This document shows, in pieces, positions 14,224 to 27,376 of a stretch of DNA of 64,000 bases. Every line of letters starts with the position of its first letter. Positions within the stretch are counted from its first letter, which is position 1. Source of the stretch: Trichosphaerium sp. ATCC 40318 (lineage: Eukaryota > Protista > Tubulinea); NCBI GenBank assembly GCA_038496445.1, contig JALMLS010000279.1, positions 1 through 64,000 on the forward strand, read 5' to 3'. The translations under genes and the position numbers were made by a program. The notes beneath the pieces are model-generated. The model made no database searches and was not told the origin of the DNA. It saw only the letters and a list, made by a program, of their open reading frames with translations.

Positions 14224-14784
14224 ACTCGCGGTAACTACGCCGTACTTCTTCTTTTTTCTTTCTGGGTTTAAACAAACGCTATACATTACCAACCGTTTTT
14301 TGTTAATCACGTGATAGGGCGACTTAAACTTGCTTTTTTCTTAACTACTTAGTAGCTGCTGTCGATAGCGATCACCACGATTGAATTTGGGCCAACCTTT
14401 TATATTTAACTGATGCTAGCTTTGTTAACAGTTTTTACTTTCACTTGCAACTTTGTTTTGGTTTTTCAAAACAAATCGTGTAGTAAGTAATAAACTACAA
14501 GCAAGTACCAAACCAGAACAATTCTGGCTTGTTTCAGTTAATGCACGAGCGAACTTCTATGTTTTTTACAAGATGAGTTACTAAATTTTTCTCAATAGTG
14601 TTGTTCATTATTTAACGTGCCACAAGAGACGCCACCAAACGCACTTCCATTTATGTAAGATGTTTTTAAACGGCGCTACAGCCGACGTATTTAAAATTGT
14701 AATTAGGATGCGCGTTTACGCTGTTGTAGGTTATTACAACTTCCAGCCGACATACAAAGAACGATATATTTATTAGAAGCGTCC

Positions 14785-15420
14785 GTGTATAAAAACTGGG
14801 TCTTAATTTGCAGATCATGTGCCTTTCCACGTTTTAACAGCAGTTACCAAAAAGATGGAGAATGGTGTAGCTTTTTTTCTGATGGTGCTCAAATCGCAAA
14901 CATGAGTTACTACAAGAATGGTAACCTAAATGGATTATCACAAGCTTGGTTTCCTTGTGGCACATTATACGCGACTTGTTACTACAAAGAGAACCAACTG
15001 AACGGTATTGAAAAAGTCTGGTACTCAAGTGGCACATTGCGTAAAAAGGTGACCTATCTTAACGGCTCATTTCATGGTACCTTCGAAACTTTTCACACTA
15101 ATGGGTCCCCACACGAAAAAGGTCAGTATGTCAATGGGCAACAGCACGGGTGTTATAAAAAGTGGTATGCAAGCAGCCAGCTCTCAGAGAGTTCACAGTT
15201 CATCAATAGTAAAAAGGAAGGGCTTTCCGAAAAATGGTATGAAAATGGTAACGCGGGTAAGCAGGCGCACTACCTTCAGGGTGTGCTCCATGGTGAGATG
15301 ACAATGTGGTATATCAACGGAAATCTGCTACTGAAATGTACATATGATAATGGCAAGAAAAAGGGTAAGTGTACTAGGTATAGCAGTGATGGGGGTATAG
15401 AATCAACTACAGAATACTAG
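14785..15420 (+). CDS. MORN-variant repeat protein (YwqK-like repeats); 5' end uncertain
   Basis: Repeats of Y.NG..NG....W(Y/F)..G.L across 211 aa. Confidence 0.8.
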   Translation: MYKNWVLICRSCAFPRFNSSYQKDGEWCSFFSDGAQIANMSYYKNGNLNGLSQAWFPCGTLYATCYYKENQLNGIEKVWYSSGTLRKKVTYLNGSFHGTFETFHTNGSPHEKGQYVNGQQHGCYKKWYASSQLSESSQFINSKKEGLSEKWYENGNAGKQAHYLQGVLHGEMTMWYINGNLLLKCTYDNGKKKGKCTRYSSDGGIESTTEY

Positions 15421-16455
15421 CTTTATTCACAACAACAATTTGGTGATTGCAATATTGTTTGCAACAACAATGATACTTCCGTGACGATCACGATTAACTC
15501 TATCTATGTCTGTATGAACCTTGGGTTCATTAGATTATACATACTGGGTGGCATACCTTGATTATTTCTATACTGCCATCAGAACCGTGTTCAAAAAACC
15601 TGTCAGCACCAAGCGGGTATAGTTCTCCTACACTTAAATTTTTGAGGAAATTTGAACCCTTAGCATTTTCTGCGGCAAGCATCATGTGTACAAGAGATAC
15701 ATGGCCTTTTATACATGCCCATATAAAAGCCTTAGAGAAATTCGAGCATTTTAAAGCCCCTACAAAAGGTTATACAATCTCCATAGCCAAGCAACTTACC
15801 TTTTTCGAGTTCGACCATTGGAAATTTGTATTTCTGTAACGGCGCCTTGCGTACGTAATAGCCAACCTGCGACACCCCTATTTTTAATCCGTTAGTTGAA
15901 GAAAATTGTAATACATGCCGTACGTATATATGCGTCCAAGATAGCCAATGACACGCTACATGTGGCAGGTTAAAAATAAAACTACAACAAAAAAAAAACA
16001 ACTGTTACGGCATTGGTTTGTTTTCCATGTACATAGATTTATATTGCCACGACGTTTCAGTTGTGTCTTTTCTTGCGAAATACCAGTTTTCTGGGTCACC
16101 ACCAAAAGAATTCTGTCCAAAAATGATAAATCCAACCACGTGCTTGTTTAGGTTGTACCTTATAAGTTGTTTTCCAGATGTGGTCGCTGGACAGTACCCT
16201 ATACCAGTGTTTACACACAGAACAGCAATGAATAAGCGAATCGACGTGAAGCATGCTCAAACACAGCTCGAGAATCTCTGGTGGTAAAGATTGGGGCTGC
16301 TGAACGATATTTAGACTCGCTGCGCGTAGGGTATCCAAGATTGATTGCTTTGGTGCTCTATCACAAGCACTGGGAGGAGTATTTGTATCGTTCGATTTTA
16401 GCATCAATCCACCCATAAAACGTATGTACGCGTCGGTTATATCCAGGTTTATCAA
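15420..16455 (-). CDS. F-box protein (multi-exon, ends approximate)
   Basis: SLPPEILELCLSMLHVDSLIHCCSVCKHWYRVLSSDHIWK is a canonical F-box. Confidence 0.6.
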
Positions 16456-16701
16456 TAAATCAATACAAAAAAAAAAGCCGACTTACACAGCCGCGGAACT
16501 TAACAACAGATTAATAAAACAAACTGATAGCACCACAGCTGTACTAAATGGCCAATAACAACGGTATGTAACAAGGTTTTAGGCTTAGCCACTAAAACCG
16601 TTCAAACACTTTTTTTATTTGATTTATCACTTGACACTATCGCTCGTTGGGCCTCACACAGCGCCTAGTAAATTCCACCAACACAGTTAACAACCGCGAC
16701 A

Positions 16702-17133
16702 ATGAAGGAGTGGCAGGATATAAAGTTCAAGTACTAGACAGCTACAACATTGGCCGCAAGGACAAAAGTAATAAGGTTAGTGCAATTTCTCAATTTGAGT
16801 GAAAGTGTTCTATGTTTTTTTTTGTATTAACGCAACTATTAGCGAGCACGAGAAGAAACAGCTAAGGACGAGGACAGAGTGACGAAAAAACAACGTAAAG
16901 ATGGTATGCTGTCATTGTTTTCGTACTAACAAAAAAAAATCAATCTAACGTAATACAAAGGTCCAACTATTGAGGAGCCTTCGAGCGATGAGGAAGAGGC
17001 TCCACTACCTGCTCTAGAGCCACCAAGTTTTTTTGAGTCATTGCTAGGCATCACAAGAGAACCTGTTGAAGTAGAAGTAGGAAAGGGAGACACTGAGGAG
17101 GAGAGCGAAGAAGAAGCCGAGCAAGAAGTGTAA
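16702..17133 (+). CDS. small acidic hypothetical protein (multi-exon)
   Basis: ATG at 16702, short GT-AG introns, last exon EEPSSDEEE..EEAEQEV*. Confidence 0.35.
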
Positions 17134-18229
17134 TCTATCAAAATTTACCTTGTTTATCTTTCTGTGTATAATTGTACATGCCGGCATTAAATTTGTACGA
17201 CAATTTCAGTTCTATTCTACCCTTTTACTGCTCTCGTATAAGTCACTCTACGCGCCTAAATGGAGATGCATTGCCTTTATGTCTATGATTTGGAAGTGGA
17301 TGTGTTCTCTGATTTTTTATAACCAAATAGCCATCGTACGCTGCCAATCATATAGTCTACGGGAGGTCTTATGAAAGGGGCAAGCTTGGGCGTCAACCAA
17401 AAGCACAAAGCACATCTACGGCGTGTTAATTTAAGTTTCTGGAAAACGGTGAACATTTTTCACCTTAAAACAACTAAACCCACAGCGTCCAGGGATTTTA
17501 CCATAACGACAGTTAATGCCATAGGCACAATTTTGGAGTCAGCACTAAGCCCTACAAGTATTCGCATCAGCGCACGACCTTATTGCAATATTTTTAAAAT
17601 ACCATAATCAAGTGGATCCCAACCAGCGCGTTTAATGACCGCTAGTGCTTTACTAACTGGTACAATGTCTACAGCTGAATTAAATCGCGTAACTACAGTG
17701 TAACTCGCCTGTCACTATTAAACCATACCCAATTAGATAGCTTGCTATACCAAGCAGCTCGTGTAAGACCAAAAATGCGCTACCATACTCTAAGATGTAC
17801 ACCTTCCGCTCTGTTCGCGCAGGATCTCCTTTGGGTGGTATCTCTTTATCGTTGGACATGTAATCGCGCGCCGGGGAATTAAATACGCAGCGTACTTAAA
17901 ACTGACGTTGGTGTACTTGAATGAAAATACTTGCGATTTAGCCGCTACTATCGATCGCCTGGGTGGGCAACGAGAGTTTGGGCAGGTGATTTGTTTTTGT
18001 GACGTATGAAATTTGTAGTTAGGCAATGTGTCATAATTTTTGTTGCTGTATGAAAACTCCCTATTGCTGTACCTACCGCAAAGAGCGGATAGACTTTTAG
18101 CTCCGTCATAACACACTCTTGACCACACACAAACCGTACCTTTTTATTTAGCTTACTGTTCACAACTGGTTGTACCGACGGCAGTTTTGCGCCCACGTAT
18201 GCTATAATTAACTAGTTTTGGCGTCTATC

Positions 18230-21200
18230 ATGGCCGAACCAAAGCAAGAAGAGCACGTTAAACAAGATGATAACAAAAATCGCGAAGAAAACCCTAGCGG
18301 CGTTACTCTCTTCGCAGGGGAACGCTACGCGACAAATGGACCAACAGGTACCGCTCAAAGGCGAAAAGTAGTCCAATGGCGCATGAAAGAGCGGGTATGT
18401 TTAACTAGTAGCCATGACAGAGCGCTGGAACTGTCAGATGGGTTTTTTTGGTCCAAAACAAAAAAAAAAAAAGTGTTGTTACAAGTTTTAACCCGTACCG
18501 TTCGCAGATGAAAACGGCCAGCGTTGCGCTTGTAATGTGCCTCAATATTGGCGTTGATCCTCCTGATGTTATAAAAACCAATCCATGCGCTAGAATGGAA
18601 TGTTGGATTGGTATGTGACGTCATTATACGGTTTTTATTTAAAATCGTCACTTTGCGCTTCTAACGCTCAAAATGTAGAACCTCACGCGCTTCCACCTCC
18701 AAAAGCGATTGACACAATTGGCAAGACGCTACAAATGCAATATGAACGTTGGCAGTCAAGAGTGCGCATTTTTTTTAACCTTTAAATTGCCTGTTTCTAT
18801 TTTGTAAAATTGTTAATTAACTTTTTTTGTTACAAGGCCAGATATAAGCTTTGCCTTGATCCTACCAAAGAAGACATTCGCAAATTGTGTATATCCCTCA
18901 GACGTAACGGGCAAGACGAGCGTATATTGTACCACTACAATGGTCATGGAGTACCAAGGCCGACAAACAACGGCGAAATATGGGTTTTCAACAAGGTGTG
19001 TAATAACGAGGCTTTTCTACTTTTTTTTGTTGATGAAACAAATTCTGTATTTGAATTATTTATTTGCTAACGTATTTTCTCAATAAGAATTACACGCAAT
19101 ACATTCCATTATCCCTCTATGAGCTCCAGAGTTGGATTGGTTCTCCAAGTATTTTTGTATTTGATTGTTCAAATGCAGGTTTAATTTTGAAATGGTTCAA
19201 GAAATTTGAGGAGCAACACCTCAAGGAAGAGTCACAGGTAGGTTTTAGTTGATAAGATCACTTGTCAAAACTGGAATTCCACGTTGGAAGTGGTTTCTGT
19301 TCCCAAATTTCGTTTTTAAACGGCCTTTGTTGTTACATCAACTCACTTTTTTTTTTTTTTTTCAATAGCGAACAAATCAACCAGCGCGTTCTCGGCCAGA
19401 TAATCACAACTATATTTTGCTTGCCGCTTGTGGCGCAAAGGAGACATTGTCTTCTAATCCAGATCTTCCAGCTGATGTATTTACGTCGTGTTTGACTACA
19501 CCCATCAAAATTGCCTTGAAATGGTATTTCACAATATTTTTAATCTGCGTTAATTGTAAGTTAATTTTTGTTTCAGGTTTTGTTCGCAAACTATCATTTC
19601 TGGCGTTTCAACAGACCTTGTAGACAAAATACCGGGTCGGTTGGGCGACAGGCGTACGCCAATGGGTGAACTTAACTGGATATTTACTGCTATCACTGAT
19701 ACAATCGCATGGAATGTTTTACCTAGACCTTTGTTTCAAAAACTCTTTCGACAGGATCTCCTTGTGGCGAGTCTGTTTCGAAACTTCCTTTTGGCAGAAC
19801 GTATAATGCGTTCATGTAAATGCACACCAATGAGTTTCCCTCAATTACCACCTACATACAATCACACCATGTGGTATGTAAATTTTAATTTAATTTTTTT
19901 TGATTTATGCAGGGCGCCCACTCTGTTTGCCTAACTTCTTATTTCCTAGGCAAGCTTGGGACCTCGCAGCTGATCAGTGTCTATCGCAACTCGCGGCTAT
20001 TCAGATTGACCCGACCGTTGAGTTTAAGGTATGTTGTTCTTGTAATTATACTGTCTCAGCTAATGAATCGCACGTGTAGCACACAACCTTCTTTACAGAA
20101 CAACTTACGGCCTTTGAAGTCTGGCTTGAGTTTGGCACTGAGCACGTGCCTCCACCAGAGCAACTACCGATTGTGTTGCAGGTACTCCATCCTTTTTTTT
20201 TTTTTGGTATTTGCTAAACACAGCGCTAAAATACATTAGGTTCTTCTCAGTCAACAACATCGATTGCGAGCATTAGAACTCTTGGGTAGATTCTTGGACT
20301 TAGGTCCGTGGGCTGTTAATCACGCACTATCTGTTGGTATTTTCCCTTACGTTCTCAAACTACTTTCATCTCCTGCTGTGGAGCTACAAAAAATTCTTGT
20401 GTTTATATGGGCAAAGATACTTGCATTGGACAAAGTGCGACACCTTTAATACTTTTGTGACGCAATTTCAGCTAATCTGTTTGCTAGTCTTGTCAATTAG
20501 ATCTAGTGAAAGAAACTGGTCACAACTATTTTGTGAACGTACTAAACAATAGTCGCATAAGTCCCCAAGAACGCATGCAGGTATGTATCTTACATTTATT
20601 CTGCATCACTTTGAAGTTTTACTTATTGCATGCAGGCTTCTTTTGTGTTGAGTGTTATTTGCAATAATTGCAGACCAGGTCAGAGCGCCTGTCTCAACGT
20701 AAGATTGCACTCGATTTGCCTTGGCTTGATAGCGCCTAAACCTGTTAGCGACCCAATGCTTAGGTATAATTTTTCGTATTTTTTTTGTTTGTTGAAATGA
20801 TTGACATATATGTTCATAGACGGTGGGTAGTCCTATGTCTGGCCAAGTTATGGGAAAATTATGAGGAAGCAAAGTGGTGTGCAATGCGTGAAAGCGCACA
20901 CGAAAAATTAAGCCGCTTGCTAACTGATCCAGTCCCTGAAGTGAGTATTGGGAGTGTTTTTTAACATTGCTAAATTATTGCAGGTTCGTGCTGCTGTAGT
21001 GTACGCTCTTGGCACGTTTATTGGTGGTGCAGCAACGCAAAAAACCGCACAGCGAACTGATGTTGAAGTAAACCTAGGGTTAACTATCCCTGTTGTGACT
21101 GCTGGTTAGTTGTGCATTTTTTTTCGTTGGGTGTTTACACTATACTTACCACTCTATCCAGATGCGAGTCCAATTGTTCGTAAAGAGCTTGTGATCGCGT

Positions 21201-23363
21201 ACAATCAGTTGGCAACTGTGTACAAAGATAAATTTCAAGATATGGCACGGCAACACAGAGTGTGGCAAGAGTCTATTAATGAGGCCAAACGTAAGTCCTA
21301 ATTATTATTACCAGTATTGCAACGACTAACTAGTTTTGTCTAGGTAAAGGGCACAAGCGCTCAAAATCTAGGCGAGGCCTTAAGGAACCAAAGAGTCCAA
21401 GAATGGTACCTACACAACAGAACGCGAGTGTATATGAGTTTATTTGGAAATTGATTTTGACGCTCACTACCGACCCATACCCTGAGGTACGATAGACATA
21501 GTTCGCACTCTTATAAAGGTGGGTGTCGTAGGTTGCACAAATGGCGAATGCATTGGTAGTACAGCTTGCTGGACCACCAACCGATTTGGATCAGTCAGAT
21601 AGCGAGGAATCTTCTTCAAGTGCGTAAATACTTTACTACTGTATTTGCGCACGGTACTAACAACTACCAGCACGCACGCCTAGAAAGACACCGCGATCAT
21701 TGCGTAAATCTAAAAGAGTAGATAAGGGTAGTGCATCTGAGGTGTCACTTCGTTCAACCTTCTACGAGTGGAGCTGCCAATACTTTTCAACAGTGAGTCT
21801 TTTTGTTTTTTCATCAATCTACCATCCAGCCAGCAACTGACACTGATTTAAAGCCTCTTCTTGTTCCACAAGGTGAAGACGAAACATCCCCAGAGTACGC
21901 CGAAAGGATTAGGCGACAGAAGCGATATAAGAGAGTTGTTAAAGCAAGTGCTGCATTGCGTCAAACATCAAATACAGGTATGTGATTTAGTTACATACTT
22001 TATAATTAATTGTTTGTTTTCCCACAGCTAAGAAAGGCCCAAGAAAGTTGGAGAATGAGATTGCTCGATTAGAAAAGCATGAAGGTGATATGGTATCATT
22101 TATGGTGTTCCATCCATTTGAAGATATCATCACAGTAGCCAATGAACCTAATACAATCAGGTACAGCATACCGTTATTTTATACTCTAGTTACTGCTTTT
22201 TTTTTTTTGTAAATTGTACCTAAGTCCCTTGTAGCGTGTGGAATTGGCGTGATGGTGCCAAAAAGAACCAATTCTCTAACTTGAATCCTGCCAATACACG
22301 TATAACATCGATGGATTTACTTAACGATCACGATGTTCCGCTACTGTCAATCGCATCTGATGATGGTGTTGTGCGGATATGGAAGAACATTGATGGTAAA
22401 GAAGAAACGCAGTTGGTGACTGCGTGGAAAGTACTTAGTGACTTGACACCTGTGTCTACGACTGGAAGTGCTGGATTGATCACTGATTGGCAGCAGAAGA
22501 GAGGCTTGTTGGTACGCTCATATATTTTTTGCATTGTTACACCGTGTGAGAATAATTCTGGATGTTGTGTTAATATAACTCATAGTTTGCATCCGGTAAT
22601 GCTAATTGTATTCGCATTTGGGATTTGGAGCGTGAGTTGGCAATTCAAGATATCTCCACTGGTTGTGATACTTTTATGACATGCATGAACTCGGACAAAG
22701 TGCGTGACTCCAACCTCATTGTTGCTGGCTTTTTTGATGGCACTTTGCGGTTATTTGACAGGCGTGTTGGTGCTAAGTACGGGCCAATCGCCACCTTTAC
22801 AGAACATAAAGATTGGATTGTACAAGTATGTGTTTTAATTTGTTTTGTATACATAGATAGTTGTTACTATAATTTGAAATTAAGTGCTTGGTCTGGTTGT
22901 TTTAACCGTTTCTACAGGTGTTCATAAGTGGTGCTACAGGCGATATAATGTCTGGTTCTACTTCAGGTGTTGTCAAATTTTGGCATGAGGGTTCTTCAAA
23001 ATCATACAATGAGATAACAAAAGCAGCCTCTAATTCAGCACTAATGACAGCATTTGCTGTTCACCGACATGCCCCACTATTAGCAACGTATGTAAATATT
23101 TTTGCAGTCTGTTGTCTAACAAATTAATTAGTGGCTCACAAGATCAACGCATTAAAGTAATGAACTTTGAAGGAAAGGAACTCAGCTTGATTCGTTATCA
23201 TGATGGCTGGCTAGGACAAAGGATAGGGCCTGTTTCATCGCTTGCATTTCACCCGTACGGTAGTTGTTGTAGGTAACAAATATTTATTTTTGCTAGGCAT
23301 CGTGTGTTGCTTGCTGCTGGAACTACTGACTCAACAGTATCCATTTATGAAGGAGAAGTGTAA
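18230..23363 (+). CDS. RPTOR: Raptor / KOG1, regulatory-associated protein of TOR (many exons)
   Basis: [107 protein letters not shown] and WD40 regions, ending [21 protein letters not shown]. Confidence 0.97.
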
Positions 23364-26300
23364 TGTTAAATACATGTACTTAATAAAAATATGTCACATA
23401 ACAAAAGTGAGTTATAGTGTAGGTATCTGTGCTCAAGTCAAAACCAATTACAAATGCATTATTAACTAATATGAAGATGACCAAGTGTTTTGCAGCATAA
23501 CTGATAACTTTGTTTTGTATAAAATGGCTTGTTGGTAAATATAAAGCAATTAAACAAAATTAAAAAAAAATTTAACAAAGAATAAATGGCTTAGATAATA
23601 CTTAAGCCTTAACAAAGCTTTATACAACTTTTTAAAAGCATAAACAGTAAAGTGAAAGTACTGAGGGGTTGTTAAAATCTAAGCACAAACTTTAATATAT
23701 TAACTCAACCATAATTCTAGTTAGGGTTGAGAACTTAACCCTAGTCCTAATCAGTGACTGACTTTGAATAACCATTAGGGTTGCAAACCTAACCCTAGCC
23801 TAATCTGCAACTGATGTTTCATAATCATTAGGGTTGTAACCCTAACCCTAGCCCTAAATCAAATTTGCAATTACCAGCCATAACCCTAGCCCTAATAGAC
23901 TAAAATAACGATTAGGGTTATACCCTAGAAGCCAATTAGGGTTTAGGGTTAGGGTTTAGGGTTTAGGAGTATGTACCAACCGTATTTTTTTGTACACTAC
24001 TCTACCCTGTTGTAAAATTTTTTCGATTTTTTTGGCTTTTTTTTATGTTTTTTGCACATACAATCTCCCTGTAGGGTTACAGCAAGATAGGGTTTTTTAC
24101 AAACCCAGGACCTCATCAACAATCTTGCAAACTGTCAAATTCTCATTTTTTTCTTACTTTTTTTAAACAGGCGAAATTTCCGATTCACATTTCGAAACAC
24201 GAAATATTCCTGTCTATTTCTCAACACGATTATTGGGGGAAAAAAAGCCTCATTTTACTTTTTTGACTTTTCATAAATCAAGGATGAGCTCAGATGAAGA
24301 CCTCTCTCTCATAAACATTGAGTTTTCTGATGAGGATGAGCCCTCCAAAGAAGCTGATGGTAAGCCCAGGCTCAGGAGGAAGAGAGTACTAGGTACTAAC
24401 CTCTTTTTTACTCTTTGTTTTTTTTAAAACCCCTTTATTAGTCTTATTTTAATTTTTAAAGACTAATAAAGGGGGTTTTTTTGCTTTTAAATGGTTTTTT
24501 CAAAACCCCTAATTTTTCAAATAAATTTCGAAAAAAAATGATGGTTTTTGTACACGGTTTTCATGTGTCCGATTTTTTCGTTACCATGCGGTTTTTTTGC
24601 ATGGTAGAACCAAACCCAAACGAGGGTTTCGTAACACGCAGAACGCGTGTGTGTTGTTTTTCATTTGGTTTTGGTTCACACTGTTTTATTTTGCTTTAAT
24701 TTTCAACAGCGAGCTCGCCGCGGCATTAGAACACGTATATCGCGTGTTAGAAAGTCGCGCTAGTTGGCGGTTGGTTTTGGTACACAATTAAATTGTGTAC
24801 TTTTTTTTAATTTTTTTTGTTGTTTTGCTTTTTTTACAGACCGCGAGCTCGCTGTACGATTTTAAACACGCTTTTAACGTGTTCGTACATGACCGCGAGC
24901 TCGCGGTCGGTTTTCGTACACATAAAAAGTGTGTACTATTTTAAAAACCGTTTTTTTTTTTAAAAGTCTTGCTTTATAACTGATTGCTTGCTCGGTATAT
25001 GGTATACAACACTTATTTATTGTGTTCGTACCTGACCTTGAGCTCGCGGTCGGTTTTTGTACACATAAAAAGTGTGTACTTTTTAAAAAACCGTTTTTTT
25101 TTTAAAGTCTCTTTATAACTGACTGCAAGCATGCTGTTTTGAACGTAACACGTATTTAATGTGTTCGTTTCCGACCGCGAGCTCGCGGTCATATTTTCAA
25201 CACGAAAAACCGTGTTTGTATTTTCGTTAGTTGGAATTATTTGATGTGCCACTTCTAATACTCTTTTTAGCTCCAACAAGTCCTGGTTGGATGATTGTGA
25301 GTACCCATGGAAACCACAACACTGAAACAAAAATTGTGGGTACTCTAATTGGAGAACACAGAGATGTTATCTTTGGTTTTGAGTAAGTTGGTTGTTTTTT
25401 TTTTTTTTTGTTTTGTTCATTTTTTTTTTTTTTTTACCCATTTAATTTCACGTTCGACGCAACACGCATGTTCGTAAACGTAGCTGCCATTTATTTTTAT
25501 TTATTTTTTGTTTTTTTTTTTTTTACTGCCAATTCATTTCAATTAATTTATCTATGTAGAGGTGTTATCATAGCCAACCAGTTGGTTTATGCTAAAACCA
25601 TGCCCATCAAGAGGATGAAGAGATGTCTAAATGGGTTTTTTGTTGCCAGCTTTGACAATGTGCTGGAGTCCCAAATAACTCCTAACAACAAGCTGAAGGC
25701 AGCATTCAAGGTACGTTTTCTGATACATACACGCGCGGGCCGTGTTCGTTTTATTTCGTTTTTTTTTTTTTTTTTTTTTTTTTTTTTCTGATTTTTTGTG
25801 TTTTTTTCAATTATTTTTTTCCTCTTTTTTCCCTCAAGTATTCATAACACAGTTTTCATGTGTCGAAACCGCGACCGCGAGCTCGAGGTCGTGTGTGAAC
25901 ACTTAAATATACTGTTGTAAAATCGTCGCCTTTTGGTGTTTTTTTTTTTTTTTTTTTTTTCAATTATTTTTTTTAATTAATTTGTTGCTGTAGGAGAGAT
26001 TTCCATTTGTTGAAGGAGTAGACCAACTGCAGAAGTTTATCAAAGACGTCAGAAAAATCTACTCCTCGGACGAAGAAAAGTGGTGGAAGCCGATGCACTT
26101 CGAAGGCAACTACACCAGAGATTACAAGGAGCACGAACCCATGCCGAGAGAACACGGAGATGAGGAATCGGAGGTAGAGGAGAAGGAGAGGAATGGATGG
26201 ATTATAAGCTGCAAGTGGAGACAGTTGTATTGGCAGGTGCTACTCTGGACTGGCATATTCTACACAGCCATGGGACTTCATGTCACAGATTCTTGGTACT

Positions 26301-27376
26301 ACATTGCCCTTCTTTTGGTCCATTTTAGAGATTCCTTGAGCTTTGGCAATGATTCAGATTTCCATCTCTTTGTGGAGTAAGTAACAATTTTCGCGATATT
26401 TTTTTAACACGCGTTCAACGTGTTCGAAAACGAACGACGTTCATTTTTTGTTTTTTTTTTTTTGTTTTTTTTTTTTTTATTTTTAACTTTTATGTAGCTA
26501 CATGAAGACAGGCACCAATAAATTGAATGGCTGCATCATAAAGCCATCAATACAAAAGGGCCTGCTAAGAGGGATTGCTGCCAACTCTATCAACAAGAAG
26601 TATCTGAGAGTGAAGAAGCCCTCATTTTACAAAGGCCCCTTGGACATGTCACACATAGCTTGTTTTTTGAATGTCAGAGGAGTCAACCCCAGGAACATTA
26701 TACAGAAGATGCCTATTTATGAAACCTTCACCAAAAGGTTTGTGCTTTGCCCTATGCCTATTGTTTGGTGTGATGAATACAATACAGACCCTATTGTTGG
26801 CTTTGGAGTTGGAGATGGAGCACACTGTCTTTTGACAGAGTTGGCGTACGTTCGCGAATATTTTCGAACACGTATTTTACGTGTCGGTCGACCGACCGCG
26901 AGCTCGCGGTCGCGTTCGAACACTAGATTTTCCTGTCGTAAAAAAACCTCGAACGACGAACCTTTTTTTTGTTTTTCTGGTTTTTTACTTTTCCTTACCT
27001 TATTGTTCAATTGTTTCTTACTTGTTTGCCTTAGACAAAATGCAGCTAAACCTGCAAATTTGCAATCAAAAATGTGGAGTGGATAAATCCTTTCGCCAAG
27101 ATGCAAGCGATAGCGATCTACTGCACCAAGATCAACTTTCTGCAAAGTCTGACCACTCCAGACTCCAAGGTGGATCGCTACCGCCACCTGTTCAAGATGT
27201 GGTGCGACGACGCGGGCCAGGTCTTCGATTACCAAGCGGAGGCGGGAGATATAGGTAAGGTGAATTTTGCCATATGGGGAGCCAGCAGAGTCAAACCTCA
27301 GCTCAGTCCTGCTCAATGGAAAGAGGTGAGGGTTGTTTTTTTTTTTATTTTGATCTTTTTTTTTTTTTTTTTTTCC
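23127..27376 (+). repeat. Left arm of a ~4.25 kb inverted repeat (pairs with 33600-37842)
   Basis: Near base-for-base reverse complement. Identical ORFs appear on opposite strands, e.g. 26093-26380(+) = 34594-34881(-) and 24233-24427(+) = 36548-36742(-). Confidence 0.97.
23721..23967. repeat. Telomere-repeat-derived array: ~53 bp units TTAGGGTT..AACCCTAG, then a (T)TTAGGG run
   Basis: Units start at 23721, 23775 and 23828, with partial units at 23881 and 23912. Run ttagggtttagggttagggtttagggtttagg at 23936-23967. Confidence 0.85.

Noticed and set aside
9844-14313. TCACGTG E-box as a promoter motif (9909, 14307)
   Set aside because: The same motif also occurs inside introns (e.g. near 51990 and 53749), so there is too little evidence.
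17150-18200. Possible minus-strand gene upstream of Raptor
   Set aside because: Exon-like fragments are present, but I could not build a consistent model or assign a family.
23936-23967. True chromosome telomere
   Set aside because: Only about five repeats, internal, with continuous sequence on both sides.
24707-25190. CRISPR-like array of palindromic repeats with spacers
   Set aside because: The intervening sequences are 30-125 bp and partly homologous to each other (~140 bp tandem unit). The context is a eukaryotic intron and no cas genes are present.
27048-27050. Programmed frameshift in gene X
   Set aside because: The other arm has the in-frame AAAA, so a homopolymer error or recent mutation is simpler.
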